NCBI RefSeq assembly: GCF_018350175.1
Contig: NC_058368.1
Location: 177,756,001-177,820,000 of the forward strand
Length of the DNA stretch: 64,000 nt
From: Felis catus
Taxonomy: Eukaryota
Direction of reading: 5' to 3'
The notes below the pieces were generated by a model. It was not told the DNA's origin. It did not search any database and saw nothing but the letters and a program-made list of their open reading frames with translations. The stretch's first letter is position 1; every line of letters begins with the position of its first letter. The translations under genes were made by a program, and so were the position numbers. This document shows, one piece after another, positions 61,555 through 64,000 of this stretch.

Positions 61555-61767
61555 GGGGCGCCTGGGTGGCGCAGTCGGTTAAGCGTCCGACTTCAGCCAG
61601 GTCACGATCTCGCGGTCCGTGGGTTCGAGCCCCACGTCAGGCTCTGGGCTGATGGCTCAGAGCCTGAAGCCTGTTTCCGATTCTGTGTCTCCCTCTCTCT
61701 CTCTGCCCCTCCCCCTTTCATGCTCTGTCTCTCTCTGTCCCAAAAATAAATAAACGTTGAAAAAAAA
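61555..61767 (+). mobile_element. Young SINEC_Fc-type SINE
   Basis: Perfect TSD aaaaaaagaacgctga (61539-61554 / 61768-61783) and a pure A tail. Confidence 0.93.
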
Positions 61768-62299
61768 AAAAAAAGAACGCTGAGGGGATAAAATACTATA
61801 GTAGTATCTTGTACTAGGAAGAACCGTTAGTACGAACAATGTTATTTCCTGGCTTATAAAGCAATCCCTTACATTGATTTACGTTTTCTTTTTCCCTCTT
61901 AATCTCTAAAATTTTAAGGTGATATTTAGCTGACAGCTCTATAGGTTGAATGTCTTCATTCATCATCAGAACAGTTATGGGAAGAGAACCATAAGCTTGC
62001 CGACATTCCTTTACTTTAGGTCACTCAACCTACTCTGTCTTTCAAGGCCCCTGGACATAAATGGTTTGGGACAGAATTGAAGCTATGAAGAGTGGAAAGG
62101 AATATAGTATTTCCGTTTCAGATTGAAAGAGATTAAACAATGCAGTGTTGATGAGGGGGCAGGAAAATAAGCAAGTTGTTGGGAACATAAATTAGTGTAA
62201 TCATTCTAGAGGGCAATTTGGTCATATTTATTAAAAATATAAAAAATGTGTAAATCCACTTCTGGACACATATTCTAATTCTAAAAGTTCATTACAATA

Positions 62300-63995
62300 T
62301 CTACCTATCTACCAGCATCTGCAGTTACACTGTCTCCTGTAAAAGCCAACCCTCCAATATGTTCAACACATGCCATCTCCTCTTATGTGCTTAAGGACAA
62401 AGCACCAATAAATTTCTCCTTTTCCTCCTATGCAATCTTGTTTTCCTATTAGATCAACTCATTGAAATACAGGCTATGCTATTAGATCTTCCATTTTAAA
62501 ACAAAAAACAAAAAACACCTTCTCTTGGCCCTACCTCTCTGCTAGATAGTACTCCCCTTTGTAATAAAACTCTTCCAAAAAACTGTTTTCATTGTCTTCG
62601 TCTCCTTTCATTCTTTCTCTTTTTTAAAAAAATATTTATTTTGAGAGAGAGAAAGGGAGAGAGCGAGAGTGAGTGGGTGAGAAGCAGAGAGAGGGAGACA
62701 GAGAATCCCAAGAAGGCTCTGTGTGAGTCCAATGTGGGGCTTGAATCCACGAACCATGAGATCATGATCTGAACCGAAATCAAGAGTAGGACACGTAACT
62801 GACTGAGCCATGCAGGCACTCCTCCTCTCATTCTCTTTTATGCCCACTCCACTGAGAACGCTCTTTTCAAGGTTCCCAATGACCACCTTGTTGCTAAATG
62901 TAATGGTTAACTCTTAGTCCTTATCTTACTTGATTCACTGCCAGCTTTTGACACAGTTAACTACCTCTTCTTCCTTGTCTTCCAAGGCACATACCCCAAT
63001 CTTCTCTTCAGTTCTTGCTCCTTCTCACTCTCTTTTGCTGGTTGCTCCTCTTCTCCTTTACCCCTGACACTGAAGTGCCCCAGGACTCAAACCTAAGTCT
63101 TCTAGATGCATATTCACCCATCACCTAGGGGATCTTACCTTGGTTTTACAGCTTTAAATACCATCTAAGAGTCAATGACTTCCACATTTTTTCTCTAGAT
63201 CAGACCTAACTTCCAAACCTCAGACTCAGATAGCCAAGTCTATATTCAATATTGCTACTGGGATATCTAATTAACATCTCAAACTGAACAGGACCAAAAT
63301 GGAACTTTTGATCCCTTTCACATGCATCTCAGTTAATGGTGACTTCATCCTTCCAGTTGTTCATGCCAAAATTCCTTGACTACATTATTTCTCTCATGCC
63401 ATATTTCCAATCCATCAAGAAATCTGATTTGCTTTACCTTCAAAGTATATCCAGAATCGAACTATTTCTCACCACTCCCACTATCACCTTGGTCAAAGCC
63501 AGTAGCAAATGTTATTCATCTGCTCAAAACGTTCTAAAGTCCCTCTATTTCACTTGAGCTAAAGTCCTGATTACTGTCTACAAGAATGACACTACATGAC
63601 ATTGCTCTTGTTATAACTTTCCCTTTTGTTTACTTTGCTCCAGCTACTAATCTCTTTGCTGCTCTGCAGACATGCCAGATACACTGGTGCCTCAGGACCC
63701 TAAAACTTGGTATTCTCTCAGCCTGGAATACTCTGCCCAGAGATATTCACATGACTAACTCCCTCATTTACTGCAAGTCTTTGCTCAAATGTCACCTTTA
63801 CTTAAGTTACTACAACACCTTTCCCAATCCCTAGTACTTCTATTGTTCCTTCTCCTGAATTTCTCTTTCTTTTTTTAAAATTCCAGTTATTAACATGCTA
63901 AATAATGCCTTTTTCAGTTTTGCTCACTGATGTATCCAAAGAGTCAATAACAGTGCCTGCTGTTCCCAGGGTACATTTGTTGAACAAATGAAGCT
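62300..63995 (+). mobile_element. L2 3' portion, interrupted by a minus-strand CAN-SINE at about 62618-62822
   Basis: Pyrimidine-rich L2 ORF2 remnant (caatgaccacc ttgttgctaaat...; acatctcaaactgaaca...; ctctcagcctggaatactctgccc) ending catttgttgaacaaatgaa. Confidence 0.8.
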
Positions 63996-64000
63996 CATGA

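Noticed and set aside
8271..62886. Recurrent small ORFs such as MAQSVKRPTSAQVMISRF...
   Set aside because: These are translations of CAN-SINE bodies, not a gene family.
1..64000. CRISPR arrays, operons or other prokaryote-type systems
   Set aside because: The sequence is clearly mammalian, with spliceosomal introns and SINE/LINE content; no repeat-spacer array was seen.

Overview
Mammalian genomic DNA, almost certainly a felid such as the domestic cat, judged from about 25 feliform-type tRNA-derived CAN-SINEs and carnivore L1 3' ends. Two genes lie on the minus strand. (1) TLX3 (HOX11L2): exons 1-2 plus a CpG-island promoter with two CCAAT boxes, at about 1-2.8 kb; exon 3 is off the left edge. 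(2) RANBP17: the last six coding exons and the 3' UTR, from 57.7 kb down to about 11.7 kb, spliced by hand with consistent phases and GT-AG boundaries. The rest is intron or intergenic DNA with SINEs, MIR, L2, old and young L1, MaLR/ERVL LTRs and hAT MITEs. Several repeat-poor blocks are rich in neural transcription-factor motifs and are candidate TLX3 enhancers inside RANBP17 introns. I found no evidence of a new protein-coding system; nearly all ORF-track entries outside these exons are spurious. The best leads are regulatory or RNA-level hypotheses: an E-box cluster about 30 kb upstream of TLX3, a 4-codon TLX3 uORF, SINE-donated poly(A) signals in the RANBP17 3' UTR, and an inverted young-SINE pair flanking a frame-closed 354-nt exon pair (candidate circRNA with a stop-free ORF). 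Repeat family names are by eye and need RepeatMasker/Dfam confirmation.
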